Virus record (IMG/VR): IMGVR_UViG_3300029957_000008
Span: 1 to 64,000 of that record
Strand: one strand, 5' to 3'
Origin: a virus
DNA length: 64,000 nucleotides
The position numbers were made by a program, and so were the translations under genes. Shown piece by piece: positions 27,956 to 37,788 of this stretch. Each line of letters begins with the position of its first letter. The stretch's first letter is position 1. Under the pieces are notes generated by a model that saw only the letters and a list, made by a program, of their open reading frames with translations, made no database searches and was not told the origin of the DNA.

Positions 27956-28582
27956 CTACCGAACAAACATCGTGATTAGTGCAGCGGTCTCAAGGAGTGC
28001 AAGCAAGCTGACAATGACCAGAGCCAGGTTCTTCTTGATTGCCGACTCAACCACCACAGCTTCTTCCTTCATGTCCACTTCAATAGCCTTGACCTCGGCA
28101 ACAACATTTTCAGGAAGCTTGCGGACTACGGCAACCACCTTATTGATTTCCGTCGTGGTCTTATCCATCCAAGAAGCAAGTTCTTCCTGAACCCGCTTAC
28201 GTTCATTGTTGACTGACGTCTCAAGCTCGGTCAGAACACCTGCAGCCTTAGTCTTGGCGGAATCAAGATTCTTCTGCGCCGTATTGACTTCCTCGACTAC
28301 GGCGCTAGCTGCCTTGGTAAGGTCTTCAACCGAAGTCTTAACAACGGCCTTGGCCTCAGTAACCGTGGCGGTTTCAACTTTGGCTGATACGGCCTCTGCA
28401 GTCTTGACTTCGGTTACAACAGCTTGGGTTGCTCCCGTCGTGACACTCTCCACCGTAGTCACAACTGGTGCAACTGCGGCTTCTGCACTTTTAACCTCGG
28501 TAACAACCACATTTCCCGCCGTTACGGCGGCGTTTTCAACCTGTACTGCAACATTTCCTACGCTTGTATCAACTTCGCTCAT
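27956..28582 (-). CDS. A/V/T/E-rich helical protein with C-terminal TM anchor
   Basis: repeated VVTEVK.AEA; hydrophobic tail. Confidence 0.65.
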   Translation of the reverse strand: MSEVDTSVGNVAVQVENAAVTAGNVVVTEVKSAEAAVAPVVTTVESVTTGATQAVVTEVKTAEAVSAKVETATVTEAKAVVKTSVEDLTKAASAVVEEVNTAQKNLDSAKTKAAGVLTELETSVNNERKRVQEELASWMDKTTTEINKVVAVVRKLPENVVAEVKAIEVDMKEEAVVVESAIKKNLALVIVSLLALLETAALITMFVR

Positions 28583-28917
28583 GATTTCTTCTTCTCCTCA
28601 ATGAATTGAATTCGGTAACTGTCACTTAATTCTGGGCACACCAACGGAAACAGGGTGTACGCAATCAAGCCTTTTATTTCTGCCATTTTACATATACAGA
28701 GATCTTTCCTGTTAAGAACCAACTTTCCTAAGATGTATTCTAATTTTCTAACCGCAGCAAGTAGCGTGCGTTCAAGTTCCTTAACTTCTCCCTTCGCTAC
28801 GTTTACAGAAACGGAATCTACTCGTTCTTTTGGACAAATAACCCAACCCGAGCCAAATCGATTCTGTCTAGGCTTTCCATACCACAAATCCGTAATTTTA
28901 GTGTAATATTCTTTCAT
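28579..28917 (-). CDS. hypothetical protein
   Basis: coupled ORF. Confidence 0.5.
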   Translation of the reverse strand: MKEYYTKITDLWYGKPRQNRFGSGWVICPKERVDSVSVNVAKGEVKELERTLLAAVRKLEYILGKLVLNRKDLCICKMAEIKGLIAYTLFPLVCPELSDSYRIQFIEEKKKS

Positions 28918-28934
28918 GACAATTTCTATTTCTC

Positions 28935-29354
28935 CTAAAAGGTGTGATCATATTTTTCTAGAAACTTGTAATAGTCTTTTAATGCCTTCTTGTGCTCTTT
29001 CAAGAACTTTATGGAATCCTTTCCCAATTCAATAACTTGTCTTACAATATCCTTAGCCGTCCTCTTAGCGTTTTCTAGTGCTTGAACTTTGGTAATGATT
29101 TCCATGTCTCGACAACTAGGCATCGGGACGACCCCCGGCTCCGCCAGTTTTTGGCGGTGATACAGAGTATAGTCGGTTGGCGTATTACAGGCTCTTTCTA
29201 CTGCCCGCTTACGGGCCTTTGCTCCAGCTAGATTCATTTGGGCATTATTAATGGCTTCCTCAACAATTTTGGCCGTATCGGCCATTTTTTCTATGGCCAG
29301 CTTGTTTTTACTCTTACCATCCATTTCTACGCCCTCTCGTTTGCTGGGTTCCAA
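28935..29354 (-). CDS. hypothetical basic helical protein
   Basis: follows groEL; start may be at MDGKSK. Confidence 0.55.
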   Translation of the reverse strand: MEPSKREGVEMDGKSKNKLAIEKMADTAKIVEEAINNAQMNLAGAKARKRAVERACNTPTDYTLYHRQKLAEPGVVPMPSCRDMEIITKVQALENAKRTAKDIVRQVIELGKDSIKFLKEHKKALKDYYKFLEKYDHTF

Positions 29355-31174
29355 CCGGAATCCCTAATAAAGCTATTATAGTCCGCCCCTTCGATTTTGT
29401 CCACTTCTTTATCACGAGGATAAACAACACACCCACCAAGAGTTCCCAGCAAGGTGGCAATACTAATGCTGTTTTTCAAAGCTTCCCGGACTGCAGGAAG
29501 AGAATCGAGAATGCCGTTTTCGATGGCATTAACTACCTCGTTCTTACTAATATCCCGGACCATTACGTTTTCGAGCTTGCCGTTCTTCCGGAACGTGAAG
29601 TCCTTCGTCAAGGATTCGTAGCTGGTATCCAACCCGGCATTTTCGTACAGGGTGATGATGGGCATCCAAAGGGCCAGCTTAATAATTTCCGCCTGAACAG
29701 GATCGTTGTCATCCAGAGTATTAATAAGCTTTGCAAGCATCCAGCCACCCCCAATCAAAGCGCCGTGTTTAAGGGCGCCTCGAACCGCGCAAACCGCGTC
29801 TTCCGCCCTATCTCTGCGCTCTTTAAGCTCTCCATTGGAACTACCAATAACCTTTAGCTTCGCAATGCCGCCAGTAAGCTTCGCCACCCGTTCATTGGTA
29901 AGGTCTGCCTCAAGCTTGCTTTCCGAGCTGGCTAGTTGCTGTTTAACTACTTCCAATCGCTGCAGGAGTAGTTCTTCGTCGGCGAAACCAACAACGCTGC
30001 TGCGGTACCGGCCACACTCGTAGGTGGTAACCCCTGCAGGAACCCAAATAGGAGTTCCGGCATCATTTTCCTCGATTTTGATGTTACCAAAGTCCGTCTT
30101 GTAGCTCCCCTCGCCATCATCGGGAACCATCTCGATTGTCTCAAGCGGACGGGTGACTTGGTCTAGGACCGTAGCACCTGTGACTGCGGCAAGGTCGTCC
30201 AGGAAGTTCTTCTGGCCATTCATCAACGGAGACTGAGGAACAACTAGAGGAAAAACATTGATCTGTTCAGGATTACCAGTGATAAAGGCAAACTGAGCAA
30301 GGACCGACTCCGAGAAGCCCGTAGCTACGACAACTAGGTTGTGGCTAGTAATCCAGCCATCCTTCCAGCCGTCAGCTACTTTAACCAAAGCGGGCAGGAT
30401 ATTCTGGAAATCGGTAATTCGACCAAGGTACAACAAAAACAACGGCTTGTCAGCGACAATTCGCTGGGTGGTGTTGTCGTTAATAAACGTAGGGAAGAAC
30501 TTCGCACAGCTCTCCTCGTATCCCATAGCAATCGGGAAGCCCTTGATGGACTCGACTTCGTAGGAAGTAGGGCCAGAGCTTTCGATAATGGTCACATTTC
30601 CATCATCGCCACAAATATCAAAGCACTTCATGACGGCATCACCTAGTTCGGTGTCACCGTTGCCTGAAAGAGCGGCAACTGAATGCAGCAGCTTACGGCC
30701 AGTCTCTGTTCCTAGGGAGCAGGTTATGGCCGATTTGTCAATCAAGGGCTCCAGGACGTTCTTGTAGACATTTTGGATGGTCTTAATAACCTTGATGGGC
30801 GGTACGCCCGGATTCTTCTTGCAGTATTCTAGGGTGTACCTGACAAATGCCTCAGCCAGAATGGTAGCTGTTGTGGTTCCATCGCCGGCCTCTACAGCGG
30901 TCCTTACGGACGCATCTCGGGCCGCTTCTAGGATGTTCTGGTCTACTGCATCGGGGAACCCAAGGGAGCGGAAGACTGTAACTCCGTCTTTGGTAACCAT
31001 CGGAGCCAGATCCATCTCCTGACGTTCAATCAGGACGGGGTGGCCACCAGGGCCGAGTGTGCCTCCAACGATTTTAGCGATTTTCTCCATCGTGGAGAGA
31101 ATGTGGTTCTCTAACTTTTCAGAACGTGGTAAAACGGTCTTAAAGGCTGCGTGTGGCTTAACGGTAGATGCCAA
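29327..31174 (-). CDS. groEL: chaperonin GroEL
   Basis: TLGPGG, VTKDGVTV, AGDGTTTATILA, ERVAKLTGGIA, RAEDAVCAVRGA, GILDS. Confidence 0.95.
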   Translation of the reverse strand: MASTVKPHAAFKTVLPRSEKLENHILSTMEKIAKIVGGTLGPGGHPVLIERQEMDLAPMVTKDGVTVFRSLGFPDAVDQNILEAARDASVRTAVEAGDGTTTATILAEAFVRYTLEYCKKNPGVPPIKVIKTIQNVYKNVLEPLIDKSAITCSLGTETGRKLLHSVAALSGNGDTELGDAVMKCFDICGDDGNVTIIESSGPTSYEVESIKGFPIAMGYEESCAKFFPTFINDNTTQRIVADKPLFLLYLGRITDFQNILPALVKVADGWKDGWITSHNLVVVATGFSESVLAQFAFITGNPEQINVFPLVVPQSPLMNGQKNFLDDLAAVTGATVLDQVTRPLETIEMVPDDGEGSYKTDFGNIKIEENDAGTPIWVPAGVTTYECGRYRSSVVGFADEELLLQRLEVVKQQLASSESKLEADLTNERVAKLTGGIAKLKVIGSSNGELKERRDRAEDAVCAVRGALKHGALIGGGWMLAKLINTLDDNDPVQAEIIKLALWMPIITLYENAGLDTSYESLTKDFTFRKNGKLENVMVRDISKNEVVNAIENGILDSLPAVREALKNSISIATLLGTLGGCVVYPRDKEVDKIEGADYNSFIRDSGWNPANERA

Positions 31175-31199
31175 ATTATACTCCTGAGTTGAAGAGGAT

Positions 31200-31228
31200 A
31201 TTGTATCACAACTTCACATCCGCGTCAA
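31200..31228 (-). promoter_or_regulatory. sigma70-type promoter of groEL
   Basis: TTGACG-17-TACAAT. Confidence 0.75.
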
Positions 31229-31410
31229 CAGGAAGTTATTACTTTTCACCATTTTGGTAGAAAGTTTGACCTTTCCACCGTTTCGGTGGAATCCTACTTT
31301 CGGAGGTCGGCAGGTGTGATATTGTGAGCTGGTGTCGTCTAAAGTAAGTTACTAATAACTACCGAAATGTAGTTTGGTGTGGGAGGTATTCTTACCCGGA
31401 ATTGCACAGG

Positions 31411-31694
31411 AAAGTGAACGGGTATTCACTTTTTGTGCATTTTGTGAACAGGTGTTCACTTTTTATTAGCAAGAATTCAAATTCCTTTATGATTTCAAGG
31501 AGTTGCTGAAAAGTGAACGCTTGTTCGCACCCTAGTAGTTCTTACTCTTCTCTTTCTTAAGATCCGGATCTCAGATCCTAGTTTGTGAATAGGCGTTCAC
31601 TTTCGTGTGCCCACTTTCAAATTCCTCAATAAACTCACCTAGTTACAGGAAAGTGAATAAGTATTCACCTTAAAAGTGAATGCCTATTCACTTT
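31411..31694. repeat. six 16-bp palindromes GTGAAY-N4-RTTCAC; candidate replication origin or operator array
   Basis: copies at 31414, 31444, 31513 (one mismatch), 31585, 31653, 31676 in the gap at the strand switch. Confidence 0.8.
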
Positions 31695-31741
31695 TTGACT
31701 TGATTTACTACTCGCCTTCCTGTTATAATTCCATTCCTCAA

Positions 31742-32056
31742 ATGAACGAGAAATTAAAATACTTGGATGGGGCCGAACTGGCCCCCGTTAAGATAATACC
31801 CCTTTTGCTCAGTCTAGGGTTTAAACACACTGAGACACTAGCCATCCTACTCTGTCTATCAGAGTTGGATGAGGCAAACCACCTACGGGTGTTTATCTCC
31901 GAAATAGCCGATAGAATAAAAGTAACGACAAGGGTAGTTTACTATGCTCTCGATAAAGCAAAAGGATTTGGCCTCATGAAGGAAGACGGTCGTTATTTTT
32001 TGGGGGATTTTATCACGGAGTTGGTTTCTATTCAAAAAACACAGGAGGAAAGATAA
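31742..32056 (+). CDS. winged-helix DNA-binding protein
   Basis: ISEIADRIKVTTRVVYYALDK HTH; ATG 31742 lies downstream of TATAAT. Confidence 0.65.
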   Translation: MNEKLKYLDGAELAPVKIIPLLLSLGFKHTETLAILLCLSELDEANHLRVFISEIADRIKVTTRVVYYALDKAKGFGLMKEDGRYFLGDFITELVSIQKTQEER

Positions 32057-32058
32057 AT

Positions 32059-33252
32059 ATGGATTTCGATAGGATGTACGATGAAATTGATGCGCTCTGG
32101 CCTAAGACACGACCCTATGTTCAGAGGGTGCAAGAGAGAAACGTAATCGAGAAGTTCGTGAAAGATGAGGACGCCTTCGCTCGCCTAAAGAGTGCAGTTG
32201 AGATCAAGGTCGAAGATTCCCCCAACAAGCTACCCCTACTTTTCTCTTTCATAGAAAAATTCTTTCGAGTTACCAATAAACCCGGTGACACTACCCCGGA
32301 ACCCCAGTCTGCGGTAGAACATAAGTCATCGGTCCAATTACCTATTCAGGACAATCAAGATGTCGAAAACATCTTCTCGACCATCTTCGAGTGTTGGCCA
32401 GACAACCTAGGTATCACAGAACAGCGCAGCAAAGCGCTGGCTGCGTTTTCAGTCGCTTGTAGGACCGAGACACCAGAGAACATCCAAAAGGCTTGCCAGG
32501 CTTATTCTGATGCGTTTAACGCAGGTGGTATGACCTACCCCCAATTCCTTAGGAACTTCCTCTCCGATCCGGACACAGTTGAGGAATGGCTGGCCAAGTT
32601 TAATAACAAGACCGGGTTTAGCGACTTTGTTATGAAGCAGTTCGAGGCCGCCTATGCTTGGTATCCGGAATTCACATCAAAGTCCACCGAAAAAACCAAG
32701 AAGGCCAGTTTGGTAATGTGGTACCGTTCTGTTCCCAAGGATGAGCGATTGGACTTCATGCTCTCGTGTAAGTTCTATGCTGAGCATAGAAGGAGCATGG
32801 CGGCTGACTTTGATCAGCCCATGGACGAGGAAGTGACGTTTACTAAAAGCTTCAATACTTTCGTTGGAGAGTGGAAGTCTTTGGTGGACAAGCACCAGGC
32901 AGCATTTGTCAAGCGAGACTTTATTAGTAAAGACGTCAAGCTCCTGGCTCTGGAGAACGACATAGATCTTACTAATCTGTATGGAGGCGGTATGTGGGAA
33001 GACTTCTTTTCTGAAAAAGCCTTTCCTTGCTTCCTCCTGCGATGTCCGACCATCAAAGACGCCATCAAGGCCATGCTGGAGAAGACCCGTGAGTACGTGG
33101 CGGATATGGTTGCCGGGGAGAACAAGAGTATCGTGAACAAGGAACTCGCCATCCGCCAGACAGGCGCCATGGACGTCGAAAAAGTGACTGAAGCAATTTT
33201 TAGTAAGATAGTCGAAACCAAGAGTATTGTACTGCCAAGGCCAAGGAGTTAG
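32059..33252 (+). CDS. replication initiator/replisome organizer-like protein
   Basis: three F...(W/Y)P-type units (IDALWP, IFECWP..SKALAAF, FEAAYAWYP..KKAS); next to candidate origin. Confidence 0.5.
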   Translation: MDFDRMYDEIDALWPKTRPYVQRVQERNVIEKFVKDEDAFARLKSAVEIKVEDSPNKLPLLFSFIEKFFRVTNKPGDTTPEPQSAVEHKSSVQLPIQDNQDVENIFSTIFECWPDNLGITEQRSKALAAFSVACRTETPENIQKACQAYSDAFNAGGMTYPQFLRNFLSDPDTVEEWLAKFNNKTGFSDFVMKQFEAAYAWYPEFTSKSTEKTKKASLVMWYRSVPKDERLDFMLSCKFYAEHRRSMAADFDQPMDEEVTFTKSFNTFVGEWKSLVDKHQAAFVKRDFISKDVKLLALENDIDLTNLYGGGMWEDFFSEKAFPCFLLRCPTIKDAIKAMLEKTREYVADMVAGENKSIVNKELAIRQTGAMDVEKVTEAIFSKIVETKSIVLPRPRS

Positions 33253-33254
33253 TT

Positions 33255-34787
33255 TTGGAGCTTCGTCAGGTATCTCCTACAATTATTAGACTCCCTTCGG
33301 AAATAATTACAGAATCCCTAAAGGATTCGCTTACTTACGAGGATAAAAAAGTAACCTATGAATGGTTGAAGTGGCACAAGATCCAGAAGCAAGACGACCA
33401 ATGGCTCCTGAATCCTAAGGGGCGTTCCAGGAACTGGTACTTGGCCAAAAACAGCCGTTTTGATCTCGATGAGAAGATACGGCTGCTTGATGGCCAAAGG
33501 TTTAAGTCCTTGCTGTTTCAGGACACCCACGGGTACTACACGTACTCTGGGCTAGCCACGATGTTAACAAAAGAAACAGGCCTGCCAGTAGTCCGTACGT
33601 ATGAGTTGCCAGCTTGGGGTAGTATTTGTTGGGCGTCTCCTCCAAAATATGAGGCTAGGTGGTACCAATCCAAGTCAGTAGACCTATTAGCACCGCTGGA
33701 TGGCTCTAGGAGCCATGGGGCGATTGAAGTAGGTACTGGCCTAGGAAAAACTTTCATTATGGCTTCCATCATTAAGAGAATTGGGCTACCTACCGTAATC
33801 ATGGTCCCAACCCTTTCGATCGCCCTTCAGGCACTAAAGGACTTCAAGGCGTGGTTTGGTAATGGCAAGGTCGGCCAGTTCTTTGGGGGAAAGAAGCAGT
33901 CCAATAAGTTCATCGTTGTCGCCGTGTCGAAGTCTTTGAGCAATGTGAAAAAGGGGGATGAACATTACGAGAATCTGACGACAAAAAAGATCGTGCTAAC
34001 CGACGAGGCCCACCTAGCCCCCCCACAGTCTCTGTCCAGTGTTCTGTTTGGGTTGTTTTCTAATATTCCATATCGCTACTTTGTATCTGGTACGGTGCTT
34101 AGGAACGATGGTCTAGGGTTGCTCCTTGATGCTATTACTGGAGAGATCGTCTTCAAGATGTCAGTTGAGCAAGGGATCAACGAGGGATTTCTATCTCCTC
34201 TGAAATTCTTTCAGGTGAGGGTTAAAAGCGACAGTAGTCTTGATACGGACGACGTTATCAAGATGAATCGTGCTCACCTGCAGCAAAATAAAAATGTCTA
34301 CCGCCATGCTGCGGAGCTTATTAACAAGGCGGTGCTGGAGAAGAAAAGACGGGTTTTGGTGCTGGTAGATACGGTTGACCAATACCAACGGTTGTTGGAT
34401 GGTGGGCTCACCGCAACGTCGATGTTTGGTCACGGGCCACTTACTAAAGACAATAGAGATTTAGTTCCTGTAGCGCAGAGGAATTTTCATCCCATGGATT
34501 TGGTTGCCGACTTCGATCTTGGAAAATTCCCTGTATTGGTAGCAACAGGCGCCCTGTCCTGCGGGACGGATATTAGATCCGCCGATCTTTTAGTGAACAT
34601 TGTTGGTCTCACATCCGAGATAGAGACCCGACAGGGGGTTGGCCGGGGAACGAGGCTTTTTCCGGGTAAGACGGACACAATCTATATAGATTATGACGTG
34701 TACAACTGCGACATCATGCACCGTCATGCAGAAAAAAGGTTTAGGATTTATAATGAGATTTACGGTTCCTGCAAGGTCCTAGAATGA
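33255..34787 (+). CDS. SF2 DNA helicase (UvsW-like)
   Basis: GTGLGKT, DEAH, SGT, QGVGRGTR. Confidence 0.88.
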   Translation: MELRQVSPTIIRLPSEIITESLKDSLTYEDKKVTYEWLKWHKIQKQDDQWLLNPKGRSRNWYLAKNSRFDLDEKIRLLDGQRFKSLLFQDTHGYYTYSGLATMLTKETGLPVVRTYELPAWGSICWASPPKYEARWYQSKSVDLLAPLDGSRSHGAIEVGTGLGKTFIMASIIKRIGLPTVIMVPTLSIALQALKDFKAWFGNGKVGQFFGGKKQSNKFIVVAVSKSLSNVKKGDEHYENLTTKKIVLTDEAHLAPPQSLSSVLFGLFSNIPYRYFVSGTVLRNDGLGLLLDAITGEIVFKMSVEQGINEGFLSPLKFFQVRVKSDSSLDTDDVIKMNRAHLQQNKNVYRHAAELINKAVLEKKRRVLVLVDTVDQYQRLLDGGLTATSMFGHGPLTKDNRDLVPVAQRNFHPMDLVADFDLGKFPVLVATGALSCGTDIRSADLLVNIVGLTSEIETRQGVGRGTRLFPGKTDTIYIDYDVYNCDIMHRHAEKRFRIYNEIYGSCKVLE

Positions 34788-34822
34788 ATACTTAAAAAGA
34801 TATGAATGGACCGAGGAATATT

Positions 34823-34851
34823 TTGACGTTTTTAGAAGACCGTGGTAAGAT
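34823..34851 (+). promoter_or_regulatory. sigma70-type promoter
   Basis: TTGACG-17-TAAGAT. Confidence 0.65.
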
Positions 34852-34864
34852 TCGTTAAATCCAA

Positions 34865-35812
34865 ATGCGAGCCCAATCCAACGAAACCTACCTAGATAAG
34901 CAAATTCCTGTTCTAGATCACGGGTTTGTAATCCTTCAAGATTATATGGGCGACGACGCGGCCATTGCAGCGGCAGCCCGCTGTAGTATGGCCGGTGAAG
35001 GAACTAAACAAGTGTCGGATGACGAGCGACTGATCCGTCGTTTGATGCGGGACAAACACACTTCACCGTTCGAAATGTGCGAGTTGAAGTTCCTGTGCCA
35101 GATGCCGATCTTTGTTGCTCGGCAGTGGATCAGGCATCGGACGGCCAACGTAAATGAAATGTCTGGCCGCTACGGTGAGCTTCCTGAGCTGGTGTATGTG
35201 CCAAGCTCCGACAGGGTTGCATATCAAAGCCCCGTCAACAAGCAGGGATCTGGAAGGTTTGCGTCGAACGATGTGGCAAACGAGTTCAGGGAGCAGCTTG
35301 GTGACCTTGCGTCGGAGTCTTTTAGTGCGTACCACGAATTTCTTGGGCATGATGTAGAAACGGAGGAAGGTACGTTTGCTGGATTTTGTTTTACTGAGGA
35401 GGCATTTGAAGAAATCAAGGCCAACGGAGGCATCTCCAGGGAGCTTGCTCGAATCAACCTTCCTGTAGCCACCTATACCAAGTGGGTATGGAAGATTGAC
35501 CTACACAACCTTCTCCACTTCCTGAAGCTTCGTCTGGACTCTCACGCTCAGTATGAGATTCGGGTGTATGCTGAGGCTATTGCTGAGATTGTTAAGACAA
35601 TGTTTCCAATTACTTGGCAAGCATTTCAAGACTTTCAACTGGATGCTTTAACGTTTAGTGGACCAGAGGTCGAATGTGTCCGTCACTGGCGAATGGATCC
35701 CGACAGCATTGCCCCAAAGTTTACCAAGGCCGAAGAGGCTGACTTCCGAAAGAAGCTGGAGCGGCTAGGGTTGGATCACGAAGCAATCCTGGGATTGGAG
35801 TATAAGGGGTAA
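34865..35812 (+). CDS. thyX: FAD-dependent thymidylate synthase
   Basis: HTSPFE, RQWIRHRTANVNEMSGRY, ARINLP, HAQYEIR. Confidence 0.95.
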   Translation: MRAQSNETYLDKQIPVLDHGFVILQDYMGDDAAIAAAARCSMAGEGTKQVSDDERLIRRLMRDKHTSPFEMCELKFLCQMPIFVARQWIRHRTANVNEMSGRYGELPELVYVPSSDRVAYQSPVNKQGSGRFASNDVANEFREQLGDLASESFSAYHEFLGHDVETEEGTFAGFCFTEEAFEEIKANGGISRELARINLPVATYTKWVWKIDLHNLLHFLKLRLDSHAQYEIRVYAEAIAEIVKTMFPITWQAFQDFQLDALTFSGPEVECVRHWRMDPDSIAPKFTKAEEADFRKKLERLGLDHEAILGLEYKG

Positions 35813-35814
35813 CT

Positions 35815-36084
35815 ATGGCAGAACCAAAAGAGAATTGGGTTAACAAGATTCTGGATCAGAACAAGAGAGCTATACAAACCTGGCCCGATTACCTATTAAA
35901 TCTTACAAACGGCAGTCACCAGCCGCACAGGACATTCCTGGAGCAGCATGTCGCACAGATTAATCGGATTCTTGGGCTTTTAACCTTCGACCAGAGGGTC
36001 GAAGTCATCAGCTCACTAGCCTATTGTATTAACTGCGGAGACGATAAACGCGGAAAGCCATGTAATTGCAGGAGAGACGAATAA
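35815..36084 (+). CDS. hypothetical protein
   Basis: C-terminal CINC...CNC. Confidence 0.55.
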   Translation: MAEPKENWVNKILDQNKRAIQTWPDYLLNLTNGSHQPHRTFLEQHVAQINRILGLLTFDQRVEVISSLAYCINCGDDKRGKPCNCRRDE

Positions 36085-36099
36085 TAATTATTTTTTAGC

Positions 36100-36128
36100 T
36101 TGCACTCCGCGTTATTACATGGTACAAT
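36100..36128 (+). promoter_or_regulatory. sigma70-type promoter of the phage sigma gene
   Basis: TTGCAC-17-TACAAT. Confidence 0.6.
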
Positions 36129-36145
36129 ACAGTCATAGGTGAAAT

Positions 36146-37222
36146 TTGGTACTAGTTGAAGACGCCAAGCATTTTCAGTTCTTTGCAGCCCAGGTTAAAG
36201 ATGCTATTGAGAAATATGGCACGCTTAACGACGAAACTCTTCTGCAACTGCAGAGGGAGAGGGTGGACGGTTTGTCTGCTCTGGAGGTGGACTTTAAGCA
36301 AGAGCTTCTAAAACACCCCCAGGTCAAGGAAGCCTTTGATGTCTTCTACGACTACATCCTGGTCGAGCGCAAGAACCTCCTTTCAGCCAGGCCGTTTTTT
36401 CGTGAACGTCACGAGATCTTCGGCCTGGGAATAATGGAAAGTATTCGAACAAGAGACTATCTAAGTACCTGTAAGTACAACCTAAATTACCACTTCATCT
36501 CGATCCTCGTCAAACGGTTTAAGTTCGAACAGAGCAGTAAGCTAACCAAAACCTTTAACAAGATCCTTGGGTTGCGCCAAGAGCTGGTTCTCATGAACCT
36601 CCCCTTGGTTATTAGTAGAGCCAGGATCTTCTTCTCTAAGACTCCTAAGTCCCACCTGTCCTTTATGGACCTTGTCCAGATAGGAGTTGGTGGCTTGCTG
36701 TCCGCAATTGACAAGTACTGCGGCCAGTACGCTAGAGTTTGGCGTGGTGTAGTTATTGGTAGAATTTCAGGTGACTACATTGCCCGATACAATGAAACCT
36801 TCATCCACTTCTATCCTGACGAAAAACGGGCTCTGTACCGAGCCCACAAGTTCATGGCTAGGAATGTTGAAGGGGAGTACCAAGAAGAAACTCTCCTAGC
36901 CCAAATCAATGGAGACAACCGGAAGGACAAGTCCAAACCCCTACAGACCAAGGATGCTACAGGGGAAGAAGTCAGAAACCTGCTTCTAGCAGCCAGCATA
37001 GTATCATGTGATACTAGACCTCCACTTGATGATGAAGACGTCGGTGAAGAAAATGTCAACAGGCTCTCGGCACCAGCAGATACCCGGCCAGATGTCCGGC
37101 TCGAACGAGCCGAAAGCTTGGCCGTCATGTTCCACTTCGTTGGGACCTTAACCGTCCTCGAACAAAAAATCCTCAAACTAAAGGGACTTGATTTTGATCT
37201 CAATCATCAGCACGTCTGCTAA
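36146..37222 (+). CDS. phage RNA polymerase sigma factor (region 4 truncated)
   Basis: region 2: LVLMNLPLVISRA...DLVQIGVGGLLSAIDKY; ends soon after LTVLEQKILKL. Confidence 0.8.
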   Translation: MVLVEDAKHFQFFAAQVKDAIEKYGTLNDETLLQLQRERVDGLSALEVDFKQELLKHPQVKEAFDVFYDYILVERKNLLSARPFFRERHEIFGLGIMESIRTRDYLSTCKYNLNYHFISILVKRFKFEQSSKLTKTFNKILGLRQELVLMNLPLVISRARIFFSKTPKSHLSFMDLVQIGVGGLLSAIDKYCGQYARVWRGVVIGRISGDYIARYNETFIHFYPDEKRALYRAHKFMARNVEGEYQEETLLAQINGDNRKDKSKPLQTKDATGEEVRNLLLAASIVSCDTRPPLDDEDVGEENVNRLSAPADTRPDVRLERAESLAVMFHFVGTLTVLEQKILKLKGLDFDLNHQHVC

Positions 37223-37448
37223 GGGAACTACCGTTACTGGCGTTCAATCTACCTGTCTAGGAGAGAATCCGTCACTGAATGATTCAGTACTTTTTAGTGA
37301 CAGGATTGGAAACAAGCTACAGATTGACGCTCACCTGATGTACCTTGGACTGGTCCAGATTGCCAAGCATAGAAACGTTAAGATCGTTGATATTATTGAG
37401 AAAATCTCTAAAACACTAGAGGAGACTACCAGTGCGGACGCTGAATAG
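37188..37448 (+). CDS. small protein, possible sigma4-like helix-turn-helix
   Basis: LVQIAKHRNVKIVDIIEKISKTL. Confidence 0.45.
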   Translation: MILISIISTSAKGTTVTGVQSTCLGENPSLNDSVLFSDRIGNKLQIDAHLMYLGLVQIAKHRNVKIVDIIEKISKTLEETTSADAE

Positions 37449-37788
37449 ACAAATTGCATGTAAGCCCCTTGAGAACACCGCAGTAAAGTCAAAGACAGTT
37501 GGCTCGTTGAGAGTGGGTGACTTCGGACATGGTGGAGTTCTTCTTCCACTGACCACGGTTATTGATTTTGAAGGAGTCATTAATGATCTGTTCCTCTCTA
37601 TCGATGCCGGAAGTACCGTTTATGTTAAGGCTGACTGTATTCAGCACCCTTGGACCAAGGCGATCTGTACTTGTGGTGGTGTAGTGGGTGAAGACGGTAA
37701 GACCCCAGTTCCATTTATCTTGGTTCCAGGGGAACAAGTTGTTGTGTTGTCCAGCGCTCGCGAAGTAACGCCGAAGTATCCAGCATGA
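37432..37788 (+). CDS. GroES-like co-chaperonin
   Basis: RTLNRQIACKP...KSKTVGSLRV, IDAGSTVYV, FILVPGEQVVVL parallel GroES strands. Confidence 0.55.
   Translation: MRTLNRQIACKPLENTAVKSKTVGSLRVGDFGHGGVLLPLTTVIDFEGVINDLFLSIDAGSTVYVKADCIQHPWTKAICTCGGVVGEDGKTPVPFILVPGEQVVVLSSAREVTPKYPA

Noticed and set aside
31411-31694. CRISPR array
   Set aside because: Repeats are 16-bp degenerate palindromes with irregular spacing, and no cas genes are present.
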